A DNA stretch of 64,000 bases, from assembly GCA_012026655.1 (NCBI GenBank), contig JAAILG010000679.1, positions 1 to 64,000 of the forward strand, read 5' to 3'. Each line of letters starts with the position of its first letter. Position 1 is the first letter of the stretch. Position numbers and translations under genes: made by a program. Below, piece after piece: positions 24,640 through 37,029 of the stretch. This DNA comes from Hydrolagus affinis. Its lineage: Eukaryota. Below the pieces are notes generated by a model. That model did no database searches. It was not told where the DNA came from and worked only from the letters and a program-made list of their open reading frames with translations.

Positions 24640-25065
24640 AGCAGCAACAGGAGGAAAATTGCAGTTCCAATGATAGGGACATTCTGTCTGGACAGATGTT
24701 GCTTTGAGATTCTTTTATGGAAACAGCACAGTATAAATACATGGATTGACGTCAGTTTCTACTCAGCCTGGAAGTGTCAAATGGCGGTTACTGAAACACA
24801 GTTGAAAATAAAGTCGCTGAAAAACAAAGTTGTTGTTGTTGAAAACAGCAATCAAGGCACTGAATTGATGCTAGAAGTCAATTGTGCTGAGAAATCTATA
24901 CGTTTCCTCTGTCTCCGAGGCTGTACGTGAGCGCAATTAATCACAGTCTGAGTGTGCAATAAATCTGAGATTTGTTTGTAAAATGCTGCAGGTGAGCGTG
25001 TACAGAAGTCTCTAATAGGAAACGCCATGTGTTGCAATAGTTACCTGTGATTTTATTATCAGAGA
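24640..25065. promoter_or_regulatory. Candidate intronic enhancer / conserved non-coding element
   Basis: Repeat-free, CpG-retaining block with TGACGTCA (24747-24754), AAATGGCGG (about 24779-24787), GTACGTG (24923-24929) and CAATTAAT. Conservation cannot be tested here. Confidence 0.4.
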
Positions 25066-25094
25066 AAGAGAGGGATGGAAAGAGGTGCTCCACA

Positions 25095-25350
25095 CCATCT
25101 TTCCCTCCCTCTCCCCCCTTGCCCTCTTTTCCCCCTTTCTCCCCTGGCCCCATTTCTGCGACTGTTTGTGGGACACTGTTGTGTGCAATTTGGCTGCCGC
25201 GTTTCCCCCACAAATATACTTTCCTGCTCTCCTTCTCCCTAACCCGACCACTCCCCCGCTGCTCTGGTCCCTACCTTTGGGATGTTGTTGTATTCTGTGA
25301 AGCTCTTTGAGACGTCGATAAGATGTGGAAAGAGCTATATAAAGGTAAGT
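25095..25350 (+). mobile_element. L2-like 3'UTR / SINE chimera, same architecture as 10240-10510
   Basis: C-rich tract, Deu core, C-rich tract, then tail TGTGAAGCTCTTTGAGACGTCGATAAGATGTGGAAAGAGCTATATAAAG. Confidence 0.75.
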
Positions 25351-25417
25351 TTTTTTAATATAGTTACAGAGTCACAAGTGCACTCGCCACATGAGACAAC
25401 ACAGCAACTTATATTTG

Positions 25418-25971
25418 CAACAAAAACAAAAGTTGCTGGGGAAACTCAGCAGGTCAAACAGCATCCATGGAGAAAGGAAAAAGAGTCAACGTTTCGGTAC
25501 TACAACCCTTCGTCATGACTGGGGCTTGTTTGGAGGGAGAAGTTTCTTAAAGACGTTAAAGGGGGAGTGGCAGGACATGGAAGGCAAAGGAGACAAAGAA
25601 GACAAAGGAAAAGGAAAAAAAAGTGTGTTAACTGATGGGTTGAATATGTGTTAAAGGCTTCAGGGGGAGAAACAGGGGTGGTGGTGGGGGGGGGGGGGTT
25701 TCAAAGAAACTGGGGAGAAGAGGTGTTTAGTGGTGATAGAATAAACAGAACATCAGAGCGGTAAGGGTGTCTGGGGTTGTGATTGTGACGGGGGGCGGGG
25801 GGAGAAACTCCTATGGCATGAAATGGCTGAAATCAATGTTGAGGCCAGACGGCTGTAGTGTTCCCAGTAAAAAGATGAGGTGCTGTTCCTCAAGCTTTCG
25901 CTGTGAGTCACTGGAACAGTGCAGGAGACCATGGATCGAAAGATCAGCCTCTGAATGTGAGCCCAAGTTGA
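25418..25971 (-). mobile_element. 5'-truncated Penelope-like retroelement (GIY-YIG endonuclease C-terminus plus 3' region with hammerhead-like motif), with 12-bp TSD
   Basis: Minus frame 25972-25811 reads FNLGSHSEADLSIHGLLHCSSDSQRKLEEQHLIFLLGTLQPSGLNIDFSHFMP*, matching the R..EE..I..L.T..P.GLN motif of PLE GIY-YIG domains. Flanked by AACTTATATTTG at 25406-25417 and 25972-25983. Confidence 0.9.
25484..25520 (-). ncRNA. Degenerate minimal type-I hammerhead ribozyme motif within the Penelope element
   Basis: Minus strand AGTC-ATGACGA-AGGGTTGTAGTACC-GAAACGTT-GACT: helix I AGTC/GACT, core (C>A)UGACGA, helix II GGT/ACC, GAAA, palindromic AACGTT helix III and a GUU cleavage triplet. Confidence 0.6.
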
Positions 25972-26250
25972 AACTTATATTTGTATACCTAAAGGTTGAG
26001 GGTCAAATTGTCCTATCTCACCTTCAACAATCCTCACAAACCTCATCCCAACAGTGCACCACAGGATTTTGACTGTATTGTGTAGGTGCCAATTTGAACA
26101 TTAGCAAGCAAGCTCCCACATACAGTCATAAAGCAAATAACCAATATTGATGTGGAGGACTGTTGGCCAGGACACTGAATAGTCTTTTTGAAAAAGTGCG
26201 ATGGGCTCTTTTAAGGTCCAACAAAGCAGGTAGACGGATCCTTATTATTT
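25972..26250 (-). mobile_element. Old DeuSINE whose tail is interrupted by the Penelope insertion
   Basis: Plus strand TGTTGGCCAGGACAC..TTTGAAAAAGTGCGATGGGCTCTTTTA is the reverse complement of the Deu domain. The tail continues on the far side of the Penelope insert (about 25395-25417). Confidence 0.7.
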
Positions 26251-27889
26251 TGTATCAACTCACTATCCTCTGCTCAATGCCTCTTTTGACAATTCAATTG
26301 TAATTAGGGACTCAACGAGTGAGAGATTGTGAACAATAACCTCTGTCGAACTGAACTGTACAATGGAGTAGCTTTCAATTGAAGAATAGCATTTAAATTC
26401 AAGTTTCAAGCCAGACAATAATGTTGAGTTTGTGTCTAAGTTTATAGTGATAGTGCACCAATTCTGATTATTGACCTTTTGCATCAGTGCATCTATACAC
26501 ATTGAATATAGCAGAAAGGAGTTCAGAGGCTATATAATTCAACTTGGATTTGCAATGTTAGCTCAGTGACATTTATAGTGTAATAGTGCTTACTGTTGGT
26601 ATTCTTTATAACAAAAACATAAAATACATTAAAAAACAAACATAAAATAAGGAAAATAAGGTCAGCTTCACTGAAATATGCCTGGCAGCCATTTTCACAT
26701 TCTATTTTTCATTCATTGGTCTGTTGCAAGGAATGTTTCCTTCTCAGTTCTAACATATTTTGTCCTGTCTGGTCTATTTCCCAGCACTTGTGTCCTATCT
26801 GGGCCCCTTGTGTTTATTATGTGACCTAATAACCTAACTGAGCATTGTATCATTACATGCCTTAAGTTGCCTTTTGCTCATTGGTTCCTAAAAGTTTACA
26901 AACTGCAAGTTACTCAGAGAAAATGCAATGTTCTGTGTTCAGATATTGGTTTGGTGAATGGTTGCGAATGGGTGCAATTCATACAAAGGTTTAATTTTCT
27001 ACACCCCCTATATGTGCTGCAGTGTGCCTGATCTCTAACTATTCTGGTGACCTGAGAAAATTACATCAGTACAGGTACAAGTATAAAAGCGTCTCAAATT
27101 TCATTGGAATCTCATTTTAAACTGCATTAATTAAGTAATTAAAGCAGCTAAGTTGCATGACTATTAGATTTGTTGAGAAAAAAATGTTTCCCCTCACAGG
27201 GGCACAGTATAATAAATAAAATGGCATTTAATCGCTTTTTCTTGGTAATTTTCATAGTGGGGAATTTTATCCTGTGTTATATACAGAAGCATAATCGAGG
27301 TTGCAATGCATTCTGCAACCTTTGTGGACCTGAATAGGAGAGGCTACATGAAATACCACTCCCAGGTGCTGATGCATAAAGTGTGGTAATTAGGATTTCC
27401 AGCAGTACATTGCATGTAGAGTATTCATTAAATTTAAATCATTTATTCATTGTACCAACTGCCAAAATAGTTCATAATTGGATGAAATACTGCATAACTG
27501 ATATGACAATGTCACGCTTTACTCCCACATTTTTTGAAGCGCCATCAGGATCGTTAAATAATATCAATATTTAGAGCTGTTCCCCCCAAAAAAAATGTCA
27601 ATTTCATTAATTCCCTGAATATATTGCAGACAACTTTATTATTCAAATAAATTGAAAGTACAAGCTTGTAGCTGTTTCAATCTTAAATATTTGCAGTGAT
27701 ATAAACAGAATACTGATGTACCACAATATAGTTTCACCACCACAAATGGCTCGATATATGGCTTCCATATTATATCTTAAATAGATGTTTGATAAAACGC
27801 ATTTCCATCATCCAAATCTATTATCTGAAGGCACAGTCCACTTTTATCGTACTGCAAATGTGATCCTAAGGCATTCCATGAGTACACTT

Positions 27890-29100
27890 ACTGCTGCCAC
27901 ACAAAACCAAGAAACTCAATTCACAAGGTTTACAATACATATCAAGCTACCTGAAGAACTCATGTTAGAATGGTTTACAATTTACTGTTGCCATACTTTA
28001 GAACTCATTGGTAGCCAATGTTCAATATTTTACCACTGCAATATGATAAAACCCATTATAAGAAGCTCTGTGCAATATTTAACTACTGTCATACAATATA
28101 GAACCCACTAGAGAGAGCTAAGTGAAATCATTTCCTTAGTGCTAGAGAGAACTCAAAGGGAACAATTTATTGTTTGTCGTACATCAATATTCTGTTTACA
28201 CGTTTTGTTTTGCCCACAAAATATACAGTCAATTCACTTTACAGTATATTCTGTGAAGCACTTTGAGATATCTCGAACATGTGATAAAGTGCTATATCAA
28301 ATTAAAAGATTATTATTATTATTACTACTAGTACTAAGGAGTGTTTCTCTCGGTATATTTCAAGATAAAATTGGACATTCATCTCATGGCTATTTATTAG
28401 ATATTGATGTGTGCAAATGGGATGACGTGTTTGCCTACTAAGTACATAGTCACTACATTTTACATTAAATCCTGTGAAGCACTTTGCGATGTTTGACAAT
28501 TTATTTTTACAGAAAAAAACATCCCTTCATAGAACAAACTGTATGAATCAAACAGCCCTGTCTCCATTTAGTCCTATTAATAATATTACTTTAAAGGATT
28601 AATTTATTTGTATTTATATTATTAATAGTACCAATATTTTCATTCACATTTCATTTCAAACAGAACTCTGTCTAAGAACCTCAATGGTGCATTTTACTAT
28701 AATAGCACCAACAACCATAAAAAAGCTGAGTGCTATTACCTACTACTGTACTGATATTTTATTTAGAAATAATCATGAGGAGCAATTTACTCCATCTACC
28801 CAATAGAACCCAATGTAAAAAGCTTAATGTGTTTTTTTTTGCTACTTTTACTATTACCATACAATAGAAGCATCACATGAAGCTCTGTGGGGGTAACATA
28901 AATTGCTGTACAACACAATCCTCATATAGAGCTCAGGAGGCAATTTGCTATATCCACACAGTGGAACCTATCAAAAGGAGCTCAGTGGGTCAGTTTGGTA
29001 TTGTAATATTATATTGTAGAATCCATCATAAGGAACTCACTGAGATAAAATATTACTGCCGTATAATAAAACCCTTCAGGAGCTCAATGGGTGCAGATTA
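27890..29100. repeat. Degenerate tandem array with roughly 50-bp units, interrupted by SINE fragments at about 28205-28500
   Basis: Recurrent unit approximating TTACTACTGCCATACAATAGAACCCATCAAAGGAGCTCAATGGGTGCAATT, e.g. 28031-28080, 28081-28130, 28848-28900, 28947-28995 and 29051-29100. Confidence 0.7.
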
Positions 29101-32100
29101 CGCCCAAAGGTTAGTTCTATGTCCCTCTTACTGATTGATGGAAACCCTCTGCTGCAGTACAGACATTCTAATGACTTTTGTTCTTGCTCACTTTTAGGAC
29201 GCGTTACCACTTTATAAGTTAAGGCGCTTTTAATTATCTTTGCCTAATAGGAGTGATTAGAGAAAGGGGCTGGTTGGTTCTTACAGTTTGTTCCATTAAC
29301 AAATGGTTTTTTTTCTGTACATAATCTGAAACATCTTTATGCTGCACTGCACAAGAAGTACTTATAGGCAGATCTAGAATCGTCTCTCTTTTCATCTGCC
29401 ATACTTTGTTCATTTGAATTCTAAGCGCTTCCTGAACACTCAATAATATAACAAAATAATTGAAAAAAAATTCAATTTGGTGCTTCACCAAAGTAATACA
29501 ATAATTTTTTTTCAACTTTCAAATTCTCAACAAATTAAAGACCAGAGAGCAAGATCTGGGTTCTGGCAAGAATTAACAGAAACAGCTGCAATTTATTTTA
29601 TATCCTGTTCACTGGAGCACTAATCTAATGTGAATACATCATGTAGAAACGTATGATCTTCTGACCCATACTACAATCAAACAACTGCCGTAGCATATTC
29701 TGTCTTTGCAACTCCAACCATTACCTTAATTATATGTTACCATGTGACAAACCATTTATAATGAGCAACAGTTCTGTCAAATGTGTGCCATTCTGACCTT
29801 TTGTGTCCTTGAAATAAGCTATGAGGTAATCTCAATTATAATTTTCACGTTTGTTTATATACACACAGAGTTCCTCTAAACTGACGAATAGCGTATACAA
29901 CGCTCTATATTTGCCCGTTATAAAGTATCATGGTATCATAACTAGGCAATTAAAAAGAAAAATGATTAAATTAACAAAAATATAATCATTAAAGCCCATT
30001 TTTGGTCACTAACATATACATGCCTATTACTGCAATTCCTATACTTTACAAATAAAGCATATGAAGTGCTTTGAGGTGTTTCAATGTGACAAGACACTAT
30101 ATAAAATAGGATATTATTATTATGATTATTATTTTCCTTGATATTTTAATGTGCCTGAAAGGGATAATAACAAAACGGGTCTAAGAATATGCATTGGGTT
30201 GTGGTAAACCTACAAAGTGGAAAACTGAAAATAATAAGCAGTGTGGGGTACTCCAAGATTTAGGAAACCGATTTAGAGACTTAACTGCAGATGTAGATGT
30301 AGGAACGGTTCAGTTTGTAAATCTTCTGAGAAGCTGGAGGGGGGTGGGGTAGAATAAAAGGGTATTTCAACACTGCCTCATTTACTTGCCTGGCACAGTA
30401 ACTATAGCACTCATTCCTTTGGGGAGCGATTTTTTTTTGTAGTAAACAACAAGAACTGTAGCAAATACTGCATCTTGTGGGATAGAACTGCACCTATGGG
30501 GATTGAAAGAATACAATGTATAGTGAAACATAACGTGTAGACAGACAGCTAGACTCAGAGACAATACTGTGAGTGAGGTGTATCTATGCAGCCACATCTT
30601 CACTTATTTACTTCACTTCAAGTATGAGAAGAATTTTCAGTTTCCAATAAAACAAATTGTCATCCCCTATGATTGACAGCCAATATCCAATCCTGAGCAT
30701 TTAATGTAGAAGTGGCCTCCATAACACAATCACATCTTGCTATGGAATATGAGGCTGGATTGGAGACAAAGTTTTTATTTATTTGTTTAGGCAGGTGTTC
30801 CCACTACATTTTTTCCTATTTTCATCTCCGTTCCTTGCCTAGGCAGAAGCTTATGGTCAAGCAAAAAAGCAAACAATTTGTTCACATTGCAAAGTCCTAA
30901 TAGAGTAGCCCTAGCTGAATAAGCTGCAGTGAAGCTTGCCAGCCAGTCCTATGCAAGCTATGCAGTTGTAGCTGGTTAGACTCCAGCAGTACACCAAGGC
31001 ACACTCTGGTGCTCCTCGCTTGAAAGGTGCTATACAAGTGTAATTTTTTGTTGTTGTTCCCAAGCCTGGGTTCTTCCCAACCTGCGTCTAACAATCTCTG
31101 GAATTAGGTAGGATGTGCATTCCAAATATCTCTGGAATTATATAGATGGGATGCAGTGAACTCTGTAGGTTTGGATACTCTTAAGATTGGTGCTGGGTTT
31201 CCACGGGTGTCAGACACCCAGCTGACCAAAAAACAGTGACACAAATAGTAAATTGGGACATTTTTAAATATACGTACTAAGAAGATGTTATCAAGTATGA
31301 AGACGTGACTGCTTGAAGTAAATAAATATTTACTTGTTAATATCAATCCTAGTGCACAATTAACACATCTGAAAATCTTGGTGTGGAAAGGAGGAGGTGA
31401 AATAGAATTCAGTGGGATCTGCTATAAACAGGATGCAGTGCTTTGTGTTTGGGATCGTAATCTACTGTGCAATACTCATTGCTCATACTTCGATTATGCT
31501 CAGTCCCAGAGGCAGCCTTGAGAGGTACCACTTCTTATTCATGAAGCTGCTCTGCTCATTCGTGTGAGGTACTTTCACAGACCAGAAGGAACAAAATATG
31601 GAATTTTAAAAAATGGTACAACTACCCATTCTGTACTTTGCTTTTTCTTTTGTTTGGAATCTAATTTGTTAAAAGAGAAGCCTAGATCATGGGAAACACT
31701 ACCAAATCTGCAAAGAGTGCGTGGCCAGTTCCAAAGGCTTGAGCCATGCATGTTGTTTGCAGCCATTTTTGTTTTGCCATCGGAAGTTTGCTATTTGGAG
31801 ATGAAAAGACCTCGGAGCTGCATATTTAATTTAATCCATAGGTTCGTTTCTTATTGATGGACGCAAAGTGAAGCGGAGATTAAGTACTCTGCTGCTGAAC
31901 TGCACTCCATACCAACTAAAGAAAAGGCAGAATAATCAGGGGAAGCCTCATTGGAGTTGCTTAAGTGGGATAACTGGAAAGAAACAAAAATGCACATAGC
32001 TGTGTGGTGATGGCTGGGAATTCAGAATTAAAGGCAATCACCCACAACTGAATTTGAGATCAAACTATTCCCAAACACATTTATCTTTGGTTGGTCCTCA

Positions 32101-32351
32101 GCATTAGCTATTCCTGCAGGGATGAGACCATGATGGCTCTATAATGTCAGCAGCAGTAGGTGCAAAACATTATCATTTAGCTTGAAACTGCCGGTTGGAA
32201 TTATATACAGTATTCCAATTAGTCGATGTACATTTCATCATCCTGTATTGTGGGAAATTTTGAGTAGAAATTTCCATGCATTAAATAATCTGTTTGTGTA
32301 CTTGTGTACAAATTTGTGCACAAATGTGTAAACAGTTGCGTGAATTAAATT

Positions 32352-32842
32352 GTCAGCAAGGCTTGGCAGGTAGCATTCTTGCCTCTGAATCAGAAAATTC
32401 TGGGTTCAAACTCCATGTCAGGACTTTGAACTCATATAATCTAGGTTGACACTCCAATTCAGTGCTGGGGGATGTGCTGCATTGCAGGAGGTTGCGTTTT
32501 TCAAATGGGATGTTATCAAATGTCCCGTTCTCCTGCTGAGGTGGACATGGCACTATTCAAAAGAAAAGTGAGTTTCTCCCGGTGTCCTGGCCATCAATCC
32601 TTTAGATAAAATTGGTCATTAATTTCATGTCTGTTGGTAGAACATTGCTGTATGCAAACTGCCATGTTTGCCTCCAAAAAATAAGAACATAAGAACATAA
32701 GAATTAGGAACAGGAGTAGGCCATTTGGCCCCTTGAGCCTGCCCTGCCATTCAATAAGATCATAGCTGATCTTCTAATTGAAATACACAGTCACTACACT
32801 TTGCCATCTCAAAGTGCTATGAAAGGCAGCATATCAAATAAT
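32352..32842 (+). mobile_element. Full-length old DeuSINE (tRNA head plus Deu domain) with a nested CR1 tail
   Basis: GGTAGCATTCTTGCCTCTGAATCAG..GGTTCAAACTCC head, and ATGGCACTATTCAAAAG..CCGGTGTCCTGGCCA Deu domain. Confidence 0.85.
32681..32780 (-). mobile_element. CR1 3'-terminal fragment inserted in the DeuSINE
   Basis: ATAAGAACATAAGAACATAAGAATTAGGAACAGGAGTAGGCCATT..CCATTCAATAAGATCATAGCTGATC is the reverse complement of a CR1 tail with the 8-nt terminal repeat. Confidence 0.88.
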
Positions 32843-32847
32843 TATAT

Positions 32848-33188
32848 AATAATAATTCTTGCATTTGATATAGCACTTTTCATGTCTTCTAGAGGTCTTA
32901 AATTGTTTCATAGAATAAGTGAATGGACTGTATCAGCGCTTTGGGACATCCTGCTGAAGTGAAAGACACTATACAAGTGTAATTTTGTTGTTATTGCATA
33001 TATGTGGCAGTCAATTGTGCACAGCAGTGTCCCACAAACAGTTGTGGATTGAAATGACCAATTTTTTAGAGGGAATATTAACAGGCATGTGGAGTAAGGA
33101 AACTTCCCCAAGGTTTCACTCTGCCGGGAATCGAACCCGGGTCTCTTGCTTGCAGGCGACTGCTCTAACCACTGAGCTACAGGCCTCC
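32848..33188 (-). mobile_element. tRNA-derived SINE, full length, with an opposite-strand L2 tail inserted at about 32934-32995
   Basis: Head TAGCTCAGTGGTTAGAGC / GGTTCGATTCC on the minus strand, with core and tail present. Confidence 0.9.
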
Positions 33189-34301
33189 ACTGGAGTAGGG
33201 TATGGAGTATTTGTATGCCTGCTTGCATATGGAATTACTGTTTATTGTATGTATGTGGTTTATGTATGTGGTGTATGTATGTGTGCGCGTGTCCTTGTGC
33301 ACTTGCAGACATTTATAACTCACTAAATTTATAATGGATTCATGTGTAGCTCTAGTCCAACACCTATTGGTAATGAATTGTGATAATGTTGTATACATAA
33401 ACAATCTAAGTTCCCCTTTAGCATTGGGTTGAAATTTCTCCCAGCAGCAAAGTAGTTAATGAAATAGATTAATTATTCTTGATGTATTTCTCTTGGTATC
33501 AGCTATAGAAATACAAGCCTGCCAGGGTCTTAAAGTAAAAGCTGCATCTTGAAAATTGTGTTGTGATCCTTCAGCAGGACTGAATTTATCCAAATTAATC
33601 AGCTGAGAGTGGACACACTTTTATTCCTTTTATAAATACGTTTCCATGCTGCTGTAACTTTTTGGATTTAGGTTTAAATAAAACATAGGTTTCATACAAA
33701 TCAATTCTTTTTTTTTGAAAGTTTGCTCTTATTAAAATTCTCTTTGCTGTCCTTCTTCCTGCAGAAGGGAAACAAATCATACTGTGGTGCCTGTAATTAG
33801 GTTGTGATGAACTGGGCGATATTGTTTAAAGCTTAGTTAATAAATATAGATTTGCAGGATTGCAATTATTGATTTGGAGGACTGTTACTATTGCACAAAA
33901 TTAATTTTTTGATAACTCAAACAGCGGATTATATTACAGTTTACCTTTTAAATAACTACTCTTCCAAAATGTTTTAGTCTTAACTCTACACAATTTCTGA
34001 AAAATCTATATTGTGCAGGAGTGTGAGAGAAAATAATAATAATGCTTGTATTTGATATAGTGCCTTATAACGTTGTTGAGACGTCTCAAAGCGCTTCACA
34101 GAATATATTGTAAATTGACTGTGTATTTTGTGGGTGAAACATTTCATTTCAATAAAGGACATGTGTGATGTATAAATGAATAGAATGTCACAGATCATTT
34201 TAATTCTTTCTCACCCCCTCTAATACACTTCCTTTCTCAAATCAGGCTGCATTAGTGCTATCAAACCACACGAGGGGTTTGGGTTGCAGGTGGCTGCTTT
34301 G

Positions 34302-34464
34302 NNNNNNNNNNNNNNNNNNNNNNNNNNNNNNNNNNNNNNNNNNNNNNNNNNNNNNNNNNNNNNNNNNNNNNNNNNNNNNNNNNNNNNNNNNNNNNNNNNN
34401 NNNNNNNNNNNNNNNNNNNNNNNNNNNNNNNNNNNNNNNNNNNNNNNNNNNNNNNNNNNNNNNN
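34302..34464. other. Assembly gap (163 N)
   Basis: Run of N. Confidence 1.
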
Positions 34465-35448
34465 GACCCCTGAGGAATTCTGTGAATTATCCCAGCCCAG
34501 TTCTCTTACTTAGTCTGAGACAGGATGGTCCACTAGGAAATCATTTGGGTTCATACTTAGAAATAATTATGTCGAAGAACAAAACAGAAGCAAGTTGAAT
34601 AAATTTACTGAGTAGGAGGAAATAAATATCTTGATACCGTAATATTCATTCCGGCTTAATGGGATTAACTATTTTCAGAACTAAAACACCAATTTAATTT
34701 CACCTGAAGTGAGCGACTTAGGGTTTATATCCAGTCGCCGATGAAATAAATATGTTCTTTGCTGAGAAGTGGCAGAGTATTGAGGTATAATATACAGTAC
34801 AGTGGAACCTCACCTTGCAGACACCTCTGTGATTCTTTGTACTGCTATTTGGAGATTAGATTGAGTTTTCCCTCCCTCCTGTGTGAGCTGAGAAGTTGTC
34901 AGTTCATCCAAGTATGGGCATCTTAGCTAGGCCAAGCCTGTTCTCGCTCAACATTTCTACACTTACAGTTCTGGTAGGTGCATGGGATAGTGATCAAGCG
35001 CAGATATATTGAAAAAAAATGTGGTTACTCAATCCAAGACTGTTTATGCGCAATTGGCTGCCATGTTTCGCCCACAATCAATGTACAGTGCTTCTGTGTA
35101 ACAATTTGAGATGTCTCTAAAACATGATAATGCTATATCAAATGCCAAGATTATTTATTTATTGTTGGTATTTTTTCTTTTGTTTTGTTTCCTTTGCAAA
35201 GTTTGAGAAGCCGAGGCTTGCTGTATGGTTACACATGGCCCATAACAAAGCATTGAAAAGTGCTCAGCTCGACATTGCTCCTTCAATTTCCCACTCATTC
35301 ACAATGCCTCAGCAAGATTGAGAACTAGGTGGAGAATCACAGCCATATGCCCTTATATCTCCAGGTAGCTCAATCAATTGAGGACAACACTTGAGAAAAG
35401 AAGACCGTGGGTCCATTCAGCACACCACCCTTTTGAGATGAGTAACAT

Positions 35449-35754
35449 ACTCCTGTAGCTCAGTGGTTAGAGCACTGTATTCGAATCCAGGCAAGTTAGG
35501 GCGAAACCTTAGACAAGTTTCTTTACTCCATATGCCTAATAATAATCCCTCCAAAAAAACAAACAATAATAAAATTGGTCATTTCAATCCACGACTGTAT
35601 TGTGGGACACTGCTGTGCGCAATTGGCTGCAGCGTTTTGCCCACAAATATACAGTCAATTCACTTTACAGTACAGGATACTGTATTCTGTGAAGTGCTTT
35701 GAGTGGTCGATAAGATGTGAAAAGCACTATATCAAAATGCAAGGATTATTATTA
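35449..35754 (+). mobile_element. tRNA-derived SINE, near full length (deletion between the A and B boxes)
   Basis: CTCCTGTAGCTCAGTGGTTAGAGCAC-TGTATTCGAATCC, followed by core and tail. Confidence 0.92.
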
Positions 35755-37029
35755 TAACATGCAAACTACATTCAAACACCTTTGGAAGCACATAACGAGA
35801 CTTTGAGCAGATACCACTTGGCAAAGCCACTTGATATTATGCCCCTTGTGTCTGGAGGATGTCTTAAAGAGCTTTACTGTTGTACTGTAAAAATGTAATG
35901 ACCACGAACATGGCAGCCAATGAAGTGAATGACCAATGTTATTTGGGGGATTGTTGACCATGGTAACGGGAGAAACTCTCTTCTACTTTCGAATATTACC
36001 ATAGGATTTTAAACATCCACCCGAACAAAATAATCCAAAATCAGCAGGAGAAGAAGTCAGTGTTAAGGTTATGAAGAACAAATTAAGGCCAGGTACCAAA
36101 AAATTAACAACTGGAATTGGTTATCGCAGAGTTCTTGAGATCAAACCACTGGAATCATAGAGGAACAGCTTGGTCGTGTAAAGATGACATTGTTGGAATT
36201 TTAGAAGACCGAGATCAAGCACTTTGTAAAATATACTGAATGTCTTTCCTCAACTGAATTTCTCTTGTGAGCACATATATAATAAATAACCCTGCCAACC
36301 TCCATTACTCTAACTCGGCCCATTTAAAGTTGTTATTTTCTGCAAGATGTAGATATTAAATTCTCTTTTGATGTTAAATGCTGTTTTATTAGTTTAACAC
36401 ACTCGATGATTTAAATGAAAATTAAATTTTGCATGCAACACAAATGTATTAGAATTGTATTGGCAAATCAATATTATTGGGGGAAACATTTTTCTTCAAT
36501 TGATATATATTTTAATGTTCAATAGCAGAATTGAAACTCATTGTCTACTCTTTTTTATTTAATTTAAAATATCTCCAAATTTGAACATTCCTATAAAATA
36601 GATGCTCTTTCAATGACACATCAGGAACAGCTTAAAAAAAGGAATGGTTAACATGCTGTATAATAGCGTATTCTGCAGTAGTTCACTCCAGGCAATTCTT
36701 GAAAGATCTGTGAAGTTGTATAATAATGAAAAATGTGCAATACTTGCGGGGCATTGCTTGTACACATAAACCTACACCCACACATTCATCATTTTACATG
36801 TATTGTCACTGAAGGTTTAATTGCATAAACACTCTGTAACTGTCCTGTCATATTTTTTGTCAGAATGGAGTCCCTTTCTGGGCTTACTATCTCAGAAAAC
36901 CATAATTGAATTGCTATTGAATCACACAGAGATGAAAAATCAAATCTGTATGAATAGAATTTGTTTCCTATCAGAAGATATGACAAATTGTGGCCCAAGA
37001 AAGGCCTTGGTGATATTTTCTCAGTTTAT

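Noticed and set aside
24484-24930. Longest ORF in the track (148 aa, + strand)
   Set aside because: No recognisable domain, antisense within an intron and no splice context. A chance ORF over a probable CNE.
27298-27321. 8-bp hairpin AGGTTGCA/TGCAACCT, and the palindrome ATTTGTGCACAAAT near 32312
   Set aside because: Too short for a miRNA precursor and expected by chance in 64 kb.
27890-29100. CRISPR-like interpretation of the periodic array
   Set aside because: Vertebrate intron, degenerate units with no constant repeat/unique spacer structure, and no cas genes.
34255-34598. ORFs containing runs of X (also 62300-62506)
   Set aside because: Artefacts of translating through N gaps.
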